Shown here piece by piece: positions 1-11,148 of a stretch of 64,000 nucleotides of DNA. A model generated the notes under the pieces. That model was not told the DNA's origin, did no database searches, and saw nothing but the letters and a program-made list of their open reading frames with translations. The first letter of the stretch is position 1. Each line of letters starts with the position of its first letter. This DNA comes from Gemmatimonadales bacterium (GTDB lineage: Bacteria > Gemmatimonadota > Gemmatimonadetes > Gemmatimonadales > GWC2-71-9): NCBI GenBank assembly GCA_035577025.1, contig DATLVU010000003.1:2433-66432 (forward strand), read 5' to 3'. The position numbers were made by a program, and so were the translations under genes.

Positions 1-219
1 CCCGTGGGTGAGGCCTACGTGGGGATCGAGAATCCCAAAGGGGAGCTGGGCAACTATCTGGTGTCGGACGGAACCGCGAAACCGGTACGGTGGCGCATCC
101 GGCCGCCTTCGTTCATCAACCTGTCGGCCTTGCCGAAGATGGCGGAAGGGCATCTCTTGAGCGACCTGATCGCGATCAACGCTTCCGTGGACATCGTGAT
201 GGGCGAGGTGGATCGATGA
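1..219 (+). CDS. nuoD: NADH-quinone oxidoreductase subunit D, 3' fragment (5' end outside window)
   Basis: Frame open to the window edge. The peptide ...[32 protein letters not shown]...DIVMGEVDR is the conserved NuoD/49-kDa C-terminus. Stop TGA 217-219 overlaps the nuoE ATG (ATGA). Confidence 0.9.
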   Translation, partial: PVGEAYVGIENPKGELGNYLVSDGTAKPVRWRIRPPSFINLSALPKMAEGHLLSDLIAINASVDIVMGEVDR

Positions 220-740
220 GCGTGACGGCGCACCCTTCCTCCACGCCCGAGGGCACCGACGCGTATGACCCGGTCTTCTCGGGAGCCGTTCTGGAGCAGC
301 TGGGCGAAATCCTCGCGCGCTATCCCACGAAGCAGGCGGCGTTGCTCCCGGCGCTGTGGATCGTGCAACGGGCCCGTGGCTGGATCTCCGACCGCAACAT
401 GGCGGAGGTGGCGGAGGTCCTCGGCCTCACGCCCGCCTACGTGAAGGGCGTCGTGACGTTCTACACCATGTACCATCAGCATCCGGTCGGGAAGCACTTC
501 GTCCAGGTCTGCACGACATCCCCATGCAACATCTGTGGAGCGGAAGCGGTCGCGAAGGCCTTTCTCGAGACCACCGGCTCCAAGGAGCTGGGCGCGACGA
601 GTCCCGACGGGAAGTGGACCGTGATCGAGGTGGAATGTCTCGGCGCCTGCGGCTTCGCGACACCGGTGCTCGTCGACGACGACTTCATCGAGTCGGTGAC
701 GCCGGACAAGGTTCCGGAATTGGTGAGGAAATACAAGTGA
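216..740 (+). CDS. nuoE: NADH-quinone oxidoreductase subunit E (24-kDa, 2Fe-2S)
   Basis: ATG 216 overlaps the nuoD stop. Thioredoxin-like 2Fe-2S Cys pattern present ([13 protein letters not shown] ... [12 protein letters not shown]). The longer track ORF from 90 would overlap nuoD and is not used. Confidence 0.9.
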   Translation: MSVTAHPSSTPEGTDAYDPVFSGAVLEQLGEILARYPTKQAALLPALWIVQRARGWISDRNMAEVAEVLGLTPAYVKGVVTFYTMYHQHPVGKHFVQVCTTSPCNICGAEAVAKAFLETTGSKELGATSPDGKWTVIEVECLGACGFATPVLVDDDFIESVTPDKVPELVRKYK

Positions 741-822
741 AGCCAATGCCGAATGTAGAATGTCCAATGCTGAATGTTCAATTGGACATTGAGAGTTGGA
801 CATTCGACATTGGACATTTCTA
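741..822. repeat. AT-rich imperfect hairpin built from 7-nt tandem repeats (GAATGT-type units / GGACATT complement)
   Basis: GAATGT at 751, 758 and 772. CCAATGC at 743 and 764. CAATTG centre at 779-784. GGACATT at 784, 798 and 812 (variant at 805). The arms are roughly 80% complementary by eye and the element fills the nuoE-nuoF spacer. Confidence 0.75.
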
Positions 823-2103
823 ATGGGCTACCCACACAAGCCGCACCCCCGTGAGACGGTCGTCCTCTCCAAGTATTTCGGCGACGCGGACGCCCGCACG
901 TACAAGGGCTGGGTCAAGCGCGGCGGGTACGAGATGCTCGCCCAGGCGCTCACGATGGAGCCCGCGAAGGTCATCGACATCGTGAAGGAATCCGGCCTGC
1001 GGGGCCGCGGGGGCGCCGGGTTCCCGACCGGCCTGAAGTGGTCGTTCATGCCCAAGGAAAAGAAGAAGCCCCACTACCTCTGCGTGAACGCGGACGAGTC
1101 GGAGCCCGGGACGTTCAAGGATCGCGAGATCATGCGGTGGACGCCGCACGCGCTCCTCGAGGGGTCGGCGATCGCGGCCCACGCGATCCAGGCCGAGGTC
1201 GTCTACATCTACATTCGTGGCGAGTTCACGGAGCCCTGGACCTATATGGAGCGGGCCCTCGCCGAGGCGAGCGCCGCCAAGGTGTTCGGCGCGATCAAGA
1301 TCTATTTGCACCGCGGAGCCGGCGCCTACATCTGTGGCGAAGAGACGGCCCTCATGAATTCGATCGAGGGGAAGCGGGGGAACCCGCGGATCAAGCCGCC
1401 ATTTCCGGCCGCGGCGGGCCTCTTCGGCATGCCGACCACGATCAACAACGTCGAGACGTTGGCCGCCGTCCCCCCCATCCTCAAGCAGGGCGCCGCGTGG
1501 TACAAGGGTCTGTCGCTCTCCTCCCCCAAGAGCACGGGGACCAAGCTCTTCTCCGTGTGCGGTCACGTGCAGAAGCCGGGGAACTACGAGGTCACGATGG
1601 GCTTCCCGCTCAAGGACCTCGTGTATGAGCTGTGTGGCGGGATGCGCTCCGGCCGCACGCTCAAGGCATGCATTCCCGGAGGCTCGTCGGTCCCGATCCT
1701 GAACCGCGAGGAAACGGAGAGCTGCCTGCTCGACTACGAGGGCGTCGTGGAGAGAGGCTCGATGTTGGGTTCCGGCGGCGTAATCGTGTTCGACGATTCG
1801 GCCGACATGGTCTATCAGATCATGCGGCTGGCGCGGTTCTACGCGCATGAGTCCTGCGCCCAGTGCACGCAGTGCCGCGAAGGCACGGCGTGGACGACCA
1901 AGATCCTCGAGCGCATCCTCGCCGGTCAGGGCAAGATGGCGGATCTCGACCTCCTGCTTGATCTCTCCGAAAACATGACCGGCAAGACCATCTGCGTGCT
2001 CTCCGATTCCTGCGCCGCCCCGGTCGTGTCCGGCATCAAGCGCTTCAAGAACGAGTTCGAGGATTACATCGCGGGACGGCGCAAGCCGGTGATGGTGGCC
2101 TGA
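823..2103 (+). CDS. nuoF: NADH-quinone oxidoreductase subunit F (51-kDa, FMN/NADH-binding)
   Basis: Motifs GLRGRGGAGFPTGLKW and ESCAQCTQCREG (4Fe-4S). Start set at ATG 823 (MGYPHKP...) because the track ORF's first 9 codons are translated from the hairpin repeat. Confidence 0.93.
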   Translation: MGYPHKPHPRETVVLSKYFGDADARTYKGWVKRGGYEMLAQALTMEPAKVIDIVKESGLRGRGGAGFPTGLKWSFMPKEKKKPHYLCVNADESEPGTFKDREIMRWTPHALLEGSAIAAHAIQAEVVYIYIRGEFTEPWTYMERALAEASAAKVFGAIKIYLHRGAGAYICGEETALMNSIEGKRGNPRIKPPFPAAAGLFGMPTTINNVETLAAVPPILKQGAAWYKGLSLSSPKSTGTKLFSVCGHVQKPGNYEVTMGFPLKDLVYELCGGMRSGRTLKACIPGGSSVPILNREETESCLLDYEGVVERGSMLGSGGVIVFDDSADMVYQIMRLARFYAHESCAQCTQCREGTAWTTKILERILAGQGKMADLDLLLDLSENMTGKTICVLSDSCAAPVVSGIKRFKNEFEDYIAGRRKPVMVA

Positions 2104-3611
2104 TGGCGGACGAGCTGATCAATCTCACCATCGACGGGGCGCCGGTGAGCGTCCCGAAGGGGACTCTGGTCATCGAGGCCGCGAAGCAGGCGGGCGTCCT
2201 CGTGCCGCACTACTGCTATCACCCGGGGCTGCCGGTGGCGGGCGTGTGCCGCATGTGCCTCGTGGAGATCGAAAAGGCCCCGAAGCTGCAGATCGCCTGC
2301 GCCACGCAGGTGGCGGAGGGCATGGTGGTGCGCACCCAGTCCCCCCAGGCGAAACAGGGCCGCATGGGTGTCCTCGAGCTGCTCCTGATCAACCACCCGC
2401 TCGATTGCCCCATCTGCGATCAAGCGGGAGAATGCGAGCTGCAGGACTTCACGTTCCAGGAGGGTCGCCCGGCCACCCGTTACAGCCCGGATTACGCGAA
2501 GCGCTTCAACCCGGTGGAAGACTTCGGGCCCGACGTGCTGTACGTCCCGAACCGCTGCATCCTGTGCACGCGCTGCGTGCGGTTCATGGAAGACGTGGCG
2601 AAGGAGCCCGTCCTCAACGTCTCCGAGCGGGGCGACCGGGCCTTCATCGGCATTCACCCCGAGGCACGGCTCGACCACCCGTGGGCGGGCAACGTGGTCG
2701 ATCTCTGCCCGGTGGGCTCACTCCTCTCCAAGGATTTCCTGCACAAGGCGCGGGCATGGGAGCTCGACAAGACCGCCTCGATCTGCACCGGCTGCTCGCA
2801 GGGATGCAACGTCACGCTCGACACGCGCGACAACATCGTGGTCCGGGTGCGCCCGCGTCCGAACCTCGACGTGAACCGCTACTTCATCTGCGACCATGGG
2901 CGGATGAACTATCGCTGGATGAACCGCGGCGATCGCATCGAGGCGCCCCTCGTGCAACGGGACGGCGAGCTCCATGCCGCCGACTGGGACGAGGCCTGCG
3001 AGCGGGTCGCGACGCTGCTGCGCGGTGCCGGCGGGCGTGCGGTGGCACTCGTATCGCCGAAGGCGTCGACCGAGGCCCTCTTCCTGGCGCGGGAGCTCTT
3101 CACCGGGCTCGACTGGAGGGGTGCCTTTCAGGTCGTGATGGGCGAGGAGGCCCCACTCGCGGGCGTTCCCAACCTGGCCCTGCGCGCCGAGCGGGCGCCG
3201 AATGCGAAGGGTGCCGAGCTGCTCGGTTACACGCGCGACTACGCGGCGACCCTCGCCGCCGCCGAGTCCGCCGCCATCGTGCTGGTGCTCGATGAGCCCG
3301 ACCTGGTGGTGCGCACGGCGGGCACCCTCATCTACGTCGGTACGGTGCTCCCCGACGGCGCCCGCGCGGCGACGGTGGTCTTGCCGATCGCGAACGTCGC
3401 CGAAGAAGACGGCACATTCGTGAACCGCGACGGCCGGGCGCAGCGCTATTTCCAGGCCAAGCCGGCACCGGGCATGGCGCGGCCCGCCTGGTGGGTGTTC
3501 TCGGAGCTCGCCGCCGCCGCCGGGCGCGGCGAGCGGATCGCCAGCGCCGACGAGGCGTTCGAACGGCTCAGCGCGTCCGTCGACGGACTGCGCGGGCTGG
3601 TGCCGGCATGA
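2103..3611 (+). CDS. nuoG: NADH-quinone oxidoreductase subunit G (short 502-aa form)
   Basis: Fe-S motifs CYHPGLPVAGVCRMC, HPLDCPICDQAGECELQ and NRCILCTRCVRF. ATG overlaps the nuoF stop and its own stop overlaps the nuoH ATG. Confidence 0.88.
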   Translation: MADELINLTIDGAPVSVPKGTLVIEAAKQAGVLVPHYCYHPGLPVAGVCRMCLVEIEKAPKLQIACATQVAEGMVVRTQSPQAKQGRMGVLELLLINHPLDCPICDQAGECELQDFTFQEGRPATRYSPDYAKRFNPVEDFGPDVLYVPNRCILCTRCVRFMEDVAKEPVLNVSERGDRAFIGIHPEARLDHPWAGNVVDLCPVGSLLSKDFLHKARAWELDKTASICTGCSQGCNVTLDTRDNIVVRVRPRPNLDVNRYFICDHGRMNYRWMNRGDRIEAPLVQRDGELHAADWDEACERVATLLRGAGGRAVALVSPKASTEALFLARELFTGLDWRGAFQVVMGEEAPLAGVPNLALRAERAPNAKGAELLGYTRDYAATLAAAESAAIVLVLDEPDLVVRTAGTLIYVGTVLPDGARAATVVLPIANVAEEDGTFVNRDGRAQRYFQAKPAPGMARPAWWVFSELAAAAGRGERIASADEAFERLSASVDGLRGLVPA

Positions 3612-4777
3612 CGTTCTTCCTCATCACCTCGATCATCAAGATCATCGTTGTCTTTACGGCGCTCATGGTCGGCATTGCGTTCCTCACCTGGTTGGAGCGC
3701 CGGGTCTGCGCGTGGATGCAGGACCGGCTCGGCCCGAATCGCGTGGGGCCGCAGGGGCTGCTGCAGCCCGCCGCGGACGGGCTCAAGAACCTGGTGAAAG
3801 AGGAGACGCTCCCGGCCGAAGCGGACAAGGTGTTGTTCATGCTGGCGCCGGCGATTTCGTTCGTTCCGGCGCTCCTCACCTTCGCGGTGATTCCGTTCGC
3901 CGCCCCATTACCCACCCCGTGGGGCGATGTGGACATGGTCGTCGCCAACCTGCCCGTGGGCTTCCTCTACATTCTCGCGTTCGGCTCGCTCGGGGTGTAC
4001 GGCATCGTACTGGCCGGGTGGTCTTCGAACAACAAGTACGCGCTCCTCGGCGGGCTCCGCGCCAGCGCGCAGATGATCTCGTACGAAATCGCCCTCGGGA
4101 TGAGCACCGTGGCCGTGCTCCTGCTCGCCGGGAACGTGACGCTCACTGAGGTCGTCGCCAAGCAGTCGCAGTCGCTCGCGACGTGGAACATCTTCCCGCT
4201 GTCGCTCGCGTTTTTCATCTTCATCGTGGCGGCGTTCGCGGAGACCAACCGCTTGCCGTTCGATCTGCCCGAGGCGGAATCGGAGCTCATCGCCGGCTAT
4301 CACGCGGAATACAGCGCGATGAAGTTCTCGATGTTCTATATCGCCGAGTACTCGAACATGGTGACCGCGTCCGCGCTGATGGCGACGCTCTTCTTCGGCG
4401 GCTACGACATTCCGTTCACCCAGTGGGACAACGTGCCGCCGTGGACGGTGGTCAAGACGCTCGCCACGCTGGGGGCCTTTCTGGTCAAGACCGGCTTCTT
4501 TTTGTTCTTCTTCATCTGGGTGCGGTGGACGCTCCCTCGCTTCCGCTACGACCAGCTCATGGCCCTCGGGTGGAAGGTGATGCTGCCGTTCGCGCTCCTG
4601 TACGTCAGTGTGATCGCCACGGTCGTCTGGGTTCTGCACGCACGCCTGGGCTGGGCGTACGATTCCCGCTTTGCGCTCGCTCTGTTCGGCGTGAACCTCC
4701 TGCTCGCGATTCCGCTGTTCTTCGTGCTCGACCGGGGCCACATCGTGTCCGGCTCGGCGGCCGAGGAGCGCGCCTGA
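3608..4777 (+). CDS. nuoH: NADH-quinone oxidoreductase subunit H (ND1-like)
   Basis: ATG 3608 (MTFFLITSII...) overlaps the nuoG stop. Multi-TM protein with WMQDRLGPNRVGPQGLLQPAADGLK and ETNRLPFDLPEAESELIAGYHAEYS. Confidence 0.93.
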   Translation: MTFFLITSIIKIIVVFTALMVGIAFLTWLERRVCAWMQDRLGPNRVGPQGLLQPAADGLKNLVKEETLPAEADKVLFMLAPAISFVPALLTFAVIPFAAPLPTPWGDVDMVVANLPVGFLYILAFGSLGVYGIVLAGWSSNNKYALLGGLRASAQMISYEIALGMSTVAVLLLAGNVTLTEVVAKQSQSLATWNIFPLSLAFFIFIVAAFAETNRLPFDLPEAESELIAGYHAEYSAMKFSMFYIAEYSNMVTASALMATLFFGGYDIPFTQWDNVPPWTVVKTLATLGAFLVKTGFFLFFFIWVRWTLPRFRYDQLMALGWKVMLPFALLYVSVIATVVWVLHARLGWAYDSRFALALFGVNLLLAIPLFFVLDRGHIVSGSAAEERA

Positions 4778-5283
4778 TGCCGATCGGCGTGAAGGTCATG
4801 AAGCGACCGGGCGCTCGCGCCTCGTACGTCCGTGCCACCCTGCAGGGGATGCTGCTGACGCTGCAGCACATTTTCCGGCCCAAAGTCACCATGCAGTACC
4901 CGGAGGAGAAGAGCACGGCGGACTGGGCCATCGCGCCGCGCTGGCGCGGCACCCATCGCATGCTGACCGACGAGCAGGGACGCGCGAAGTGCGTGGCGTG
5001 CGGGCTCTGCCCCCAGATCTGCCCGGCGAATTGCATCAAGCTCGTGCCCGGCGAGGACGAGCAGGGGAACCGGTATCCGCTGATCTACGAGATCGACGAG
5101 TTCCGGTGTGTGTTCTGCGGCTATTGCCAGGAGGTCTGTCCGGAAGAGGCGATCCACGTGGGCGTGCACTACGAGAACTCGGAGTTTTCGCGGGACCGGT
5201 TCGTGTACGACCTCGAGCGGCTGTGCGCCCAGACGCACCCGGTCTCGAGCCTGTGGGATCCTTCCGACCCCAAGGGCGAATAG
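4777..5283 (+). CDS. nuoI: NADH-quinone oxidoreductase subunit I (2x 4Fe-4S ferredoxin)
   Basis: ATG 4777 overlaps the nuoH stop. Two ferredoxin motifs, [12 protein letters not shown] and [12 protein letters not shown]. Confidence 0.93.
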   Translation: MPIGVKVMKRPGARASYVRATLQGMLLTLQHIFRPKVTMQYPEEKSTADWAIAPRWRGTHRMLTDEQGRAKCVACGLCPQICPANCIKLVPGEDEQGNRYPLIYEIDEFRCVFCGYCQEVCPEEAIHVGVHYENSEFSRDRFVYDLERLCAQTHPVSSLWDPSDPKGE

Positions 5284-5285
5284 CC

Positions 5286-5807
5286 GTGACACCGACGTTG
5301 ATCGTCTTCTGGGCCTTTGCGGGACTCGCGATGGGCAGCGCGCTCCTGTGCATCACCCGACGCAACCCGGTTTCGAGCGCGCTGTGGCTCGTGGTGACGT
5401 TGTTCGCGCTCGCCGGCCTGTTCGTGCTCCTGGACGCGCAATTCATCGCCGTGCTGCAGGTGCTGGTGTACGCCGGCGCCATCATGGTCCTGTTCCTGTT
5501 CGTCATCATGCTGCTCAACATCGGCCGGGCCACGCGCTCGGACATCAAGGGCGCGTGGGGACTCGGCGTGGGGGTGCTGCTCGCCGGGCTCATGATGGTG
5601 CAGCTCCTGGCCCTGCGGTTCGGCGCGCCGCCGCAGCAGCTCACGCTGCCCCCGGGCGCGATGGCGCGCGCGGCGGCGGAGCAGGGGATGGTCGCGGCCG
5701 TCGCCCGCCCGTTGTTCAGCACGTATCTCGTGCCGTTCGAGATCACGAGCATCCTGCTCCTGGCGGCGCTCGTCGGCGCCGTCGTGCTCGCCAAGCGCAA
5801 ACTCTAA
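5286..5807 (+). CDS. nuoJ: NADH-quinone oxidoreductase subunit J (ND6-like)
   Basis: GTG start 3 nt after the nuoI stop. Hydrophobic protein (...[26 protein letters not shown]...) in the conserved operon position. Confidence 0.85.
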   Translation: MTPTLIVFWAFAGLAMGSALLCITRRNPVSSALWLVVTLFALAGLFVLLDAQFIAVLQVLVYAGAIMVLFLFVIMLLNIGRATRSDIKGAWGLGVGVLLAGLMMVQLLALRFGAPPQQLTLPPGAMARAAAEQGMVAAVARPLFSTYLVPFEITSILLLAALVGAVVLAKRKL

Positions 5808-6102
5808 TGCTCCTCGCGCCCGCGCTCAGCGTTTCCGCCGTCCTGTTCACGTTCGGCGTCGCCGGCGTGCTGCTGCGGCGCAATGCGATCGTCATCTTCA
5901 TGTGCGTTGAGCTCATGCTGAACGCCGTGAACCTCACGTTCGTAGCGCTCGCGCAGCAGCTCGGCGTCGCCGGGCAGATCTTCGTCTTCTTCGTCATGGC
6001 CGTGGCCGCGGCCGAAGCCGCGGTGGGGCTGGCGATCCTGCTGGCGATCTTCCGCCACCGGCAGACGCTCAATCTGCAGAACATCAACCTCCTCAAGGGC
6101 TG

Positions 6103-6103
<1 letters not shown>
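5807..6103 (+). CDS. nuoK: NADH-quinone oxidoreductase subunit K (ND4L-like)
   Basis: 98 aa with three predicted TM helices (...[18 protein letters not shown]...). ATG overlaps the nuoJ TAA. Confidence 0.88.
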
Positions 6104-8082
<1,979 letters not shown>

Positions 8083-8086
8083 CGCC

Positions 8087-9595
8087 GTGTACCGTCAGTG
8101 GGTGCTCACCGCCTTGATCGCCTGGCCCCTGATCGCGGGCGCCGGCGTCCTGCTGGCCCCGACGCGGTGGGCCAAGCATCTGGCGCTCGTCGCCAGCCTC
8201 ATCGAGTTCGGCCTCTCCGTTCCCCTGTGGTGGATGTTCACGCCCGAAGGCGGCGTGCAGTTCATGCTCGACGCGCCCTGGATTCAGAACTGGGGAATCC
8301 ATTACACGGTCGGGGTAGACGGGATCTCGCTGTTCATGGTCCTCCTGACCACGTTCCTGGTCCCGCTCTCGGTGCTCGGCAGCTACAGCTACATCACCAC
8401 GCGCGAGCGCGGATTCTATTCGCTGCTGCTGGTCCTCACGTCGGGCATGATCGGCGTGTTCGTGTCACTCGATCTGTTTCTGTTCTACGTGATGTGGGAG
8501 CTGATGCTCATCCCGATGTACTTCATCATCGGGGTGTGGGGCGGGGAGCGACGGCTGTACGCGGCCATCAAGTTCTTCATCTATACTTTTTTCGGATCGC
8601 TGCTGATGCTGGCGGCGATCCTCGTGCTCGTCCGCGTCGTGGGGCAGCGAACCGGCGTCTACTCCTTCGCGTACTCGCACCTTGTCTCCCACATCGGCGG
8701 GCTCGGGTCGCTCGCCTTCTGGCTGTTCGGCGCGTTTGCCCTCGCGTTCGCTATCAAGGTGCCAATGTTCCCGTTCCACACGTGGCTGCCCGATGCGCAC
8801 GTGGAGGCGCCGACGGCGGGGTCCGTGATCCTGGCGGGCATCCTGCTCAAGATGGGTACTTACGGCTTCCTGCGGTTCGCGGTGCCGCTGTTTCCGGCCG
8901 TTGCGCTGCACCCCGCGGTGCAGCAGATCGTCGTCCTGCTCGCGCTCATCGGGATCGTGTATGGCGGTCTCGTCGCGATGGTGCAGCCCGACTTCAAGAA
9001 GCTGATCGCGTATTCCTCGGTGGCGCATCTTGGATTCGTGATGCTCGGCATCTGGGCGTTGACGCTGCAGAGCGTCCAGGGCGCCCTGATGGTGATGATC
9101 AACCACGGCATCTCGACCGGCGCGCTGTTCTTTCTGGTCGGCATGCTGTACGAGCGGCGGCACTCCCGCCTGATCGAAGCGTTCGGGGGGATCGCGCGCG
9201 TGGTGCCGATGCTCGCCGCGGTGCTGACGATCGTCTCGCTCTCGTCCATCGGGCTCCCCGCGACGAACGGTTTCGTGGGCGAGTTTCTCGTGCTGGTGGG
9301 AGTGTTCCGCTCCTATCCGCTGGCGGCCCTCATCGCGGCGACGGGCGTGATCATTGCCGCGATGTACCTGCTCCCCGCGCTGCAGCGGGTGATCTATAAT
9401 CCGCTCGACAAATCAGCGAACGAGAAGCTTCCCGACCTGTCGCTCCGGGAGATCACCGTGCTCGTGCCGTTGATCGCCTGTATCCTCTGGATCGGCGTAT
9501 ACCCCCAACCGATCCTGCGGCGCATCGAGCCCGCGTCCCGCCAGTTCGTCCAAACGGTCCGCCTGAACGCGGCCGCATTCACGGCAACCCGATGA
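8087..9595 (+). CDS. nuoM: NADH-quinone oxidoreductase subunit M (ND4-like)
   Basis: 502 aa with KVPMFPFHTWLPDAHVEAPTAGSVILAGILLKMGTYG. GTG start 4 nt after the nuoL stop. Confidence 0.92.
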   Translation: MYRQWVLTALIAWPLIAGAGVLLAPTRWAKHLALVASLIEFGLSVPLWWMFTPEGGVQFMLDAPWIQNWGIHYTVGVDGISLFMVLLTTFLVPLSVLGSYSYITTRERGFYSLLLVLTSGMIGVFVSLDLFLFYVMWELMLIPMYFIIGVWGGERRLYAAIKFFIYTFFGSLLMLAAILVLVRVVGQRTGVYSFAYSHLVSHIGGLGSLAFWLFGAFALAFAIKVPMFPFHTWLPDAHVEAPTAGSVILAGILLKMGTYGFLRFAVPLFPAVALHPAVQQIVVLLALIGIVYGGLVAMVQPDFKKLIAYSSVAHLGFVMLGIWALTLQSVQGALMVMINHGISTGALFFLVGMLYERRHSRLIEAFGGIARVVPMLAAVLTIVSLSSIGLPATNGFVGEFLVLVGVFRSYPLAALIAATGVIIAAMYLLPALQRVIYNPLDKSANEKLPDLSLREITVLVPLIACILWIGVYPQPILRRIEPASRQFVQTVRLNAAAFTATR

Positions 9596-11133
9596 GCCTC
9601 GACCTGTCGCTGCCGGCCGACCTGCTGCGCGCGCTCGCTCCGGAGCTCGTCCTCACCGTCGCGGCGATGGCGGTCCTGCTGGTCGCCGCGTGGCGCCACA
9701 AGACGGCGCGCGACTCGCGGGTGGTCGGGTGGCTCGCGCTCCTGGCGCTTGTGGCGACGGCAGCGGCGGCGGGGTGGCTGTGGTGGAACGGTGCACGGCC
9801 GGTTGGCGCGCCCGTCATGGTCGCCCTGGACGACTTTCGCCTCGTGGTCGACTGGCTGCTGCTGGCCGCCGCCGGACTGACCGTCGTCTTGTCGTTCGAC
9901 TACGTGGAGCGCGAGCGGCTGCTCGCGCCCGAGTATTACGTGCTGCTGCTGTTCGCTACGCTCGGCCTGATGTTCATGGCGGGCGGCGACGATCTTATGG
10001 TGGTGTTCCTCGGCCTCGAGCTGATGTCGGTCTCGGTCTACGTCCTGGCCGGGTTTAATCGCCGCAGTCCCGCCGCCGCCGAGGCCGCGCTGAAGTACTT
10101 CCTGCTCGGCGCCTTCGCCTCGGGGTTTCTGCTGTACGGCATCGCCCTCGTCTACGGCGCCACCGCGACAACGAGCCTCACGCAGATCGGGACCCAGGTA
10201 CGAACGCTCGGCCTCGCCAACAGCCCCATGCTCCTCGCAGGATTGGGATTGCTGTTGGTCGGGTTCGGATTCAAGGTGGCCGCCGTCCCCTTTCACATGT
10301 GGGCGCCGGATGTCTATGACGGCGCGCCCACGCCGGTCACCGGGTACATGGCGACCGCGGTGAAGACCGCGGCGTTCGCCGCGCTGTATCGGGTCCTGAC
10401 CGAGGCGTTCGCGGGCGTCGCGGCGTGGCATGATATCGTGGGCTGGCTCGCGGTGGCGACCATGGTGGCCGGCAATGTCGTCGCCCTGACGCAGCGGAAC
10501 GTCAAGCGCATGCTGGCCTACTCGTCGATCGCGCACGCCGGGTATCTCCTGGTCGCCGTCGCGGTGGGCGGCAATGCGGGCGCCGGCGCGCTGCTCGTCT
10601 ACCTGGTGGCCTACGCGCTCACGACCCTGGCGGCATTCGGCCTCCTCGCCGCCATCGGCCGGGACGGAGAGCGTGAGGTTCGCATCGATGACCTGTCCGG
10701 ACTCGCGCAGCGGCGACCCTGGCTCTCGTTCGCCATGGCGGTGTGCATGCTGTCGCTGCTCGGGTTCCCCGGCACGGCGGGGTTCATCGGCAAGTGGTAC
10801 ATCCTGGTGGCGGCGGCCGATGCGGGCCGCCTCTTCCTCGCCGTCGTACTCGTCCTTACGAGCGTCGTCTCGGCGGGCTACTATCTCCCGGTGATCATGG
10901 CGATGTACATGAAACCGGAGCCGTTCGAGCAGGCCCACGCCGACGTGCGCCTCGGGCGCCTGGGAGCCGCGGTCGTCGCGGCATCCGTGGCCGGACTGCT
11001 CGTCTTCGGCGTTCGTCCGAATCGGCTGCTCGACCTCGCGAAAGCGACGGGCGAGGGACTGCACGCGGGGCCGGCAACGAGCGCCGCCGCGCCGCCGTCG
11101 CCTCCGCCTCCCCCCGCGCCCAGCGGGCGCTGA
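9592..11133 (+). CDS. nuoN: NADH-quinone oxidoreductase subunit N (ND2-like)
   Basis: 513 aa with FKVAAVPFHMWAPDVYDGAPTPVTGYMATAVKTAAF. ATG overlaps the nuoM stop. Pro/Ala-rich C-terminal tail. Confidence 0.92.
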   Translation: MSLDLSLPADLLRALAPELVLTVAAMAVLLVAAWRHKTARDSRVVGWLALLALVATAAAAGWLWWNGARPVGAPVMVALDDFRLVVDWLLLAAAGLTVVLSFDYVERERLLAPEYYVLLLFATLGLMFMAGGDDLMVVFLGLELMSVSVYVLAGFNRRSPAAAEAALKYFLLGAFASGFLLYGIALVYGATATTSLTQIGTQVRTLGLANSPMLLAGLGLLLVGFGFKVAAVPFHMWAPDVYDGAPTPVTGYMATAVKTAAFAALYRVLTEAFAGVAAWHDIVGWLAVATMVAGNVVALTQRNVKRMLAYSSIAHAGYLLVAVAVGGNAGAGALLVYLVAYALTTLAAFGLLAAIGRDGEREVRIDDLSGLAQRRPWLSFAMAVCMLSLLGFPGTAGFIGKWYILVAAADAGRLFLAVVLVLTSVVSAGYYLPVIMAMYMKPEPFEQAHADVRLGRLGAAVVAASVAGLLVFGVRPNRLLDLAKATGEGLHAGPATSAAAPPSPPPPPAPSGR

Positions 11134-11148
11134 TCTCCGGCGGGCCTC

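Noticed and set aside
796-822. N-terminal extensions suggested by the ORF track: nuoF from 796, the mqn paralogue from TTG 25498, and the TPR protein from 56511.
   Set aside because: The extra codons lie inside the hairpin repeats. In each case a start codon immediately after the repeat yields a sensible N-terminus.
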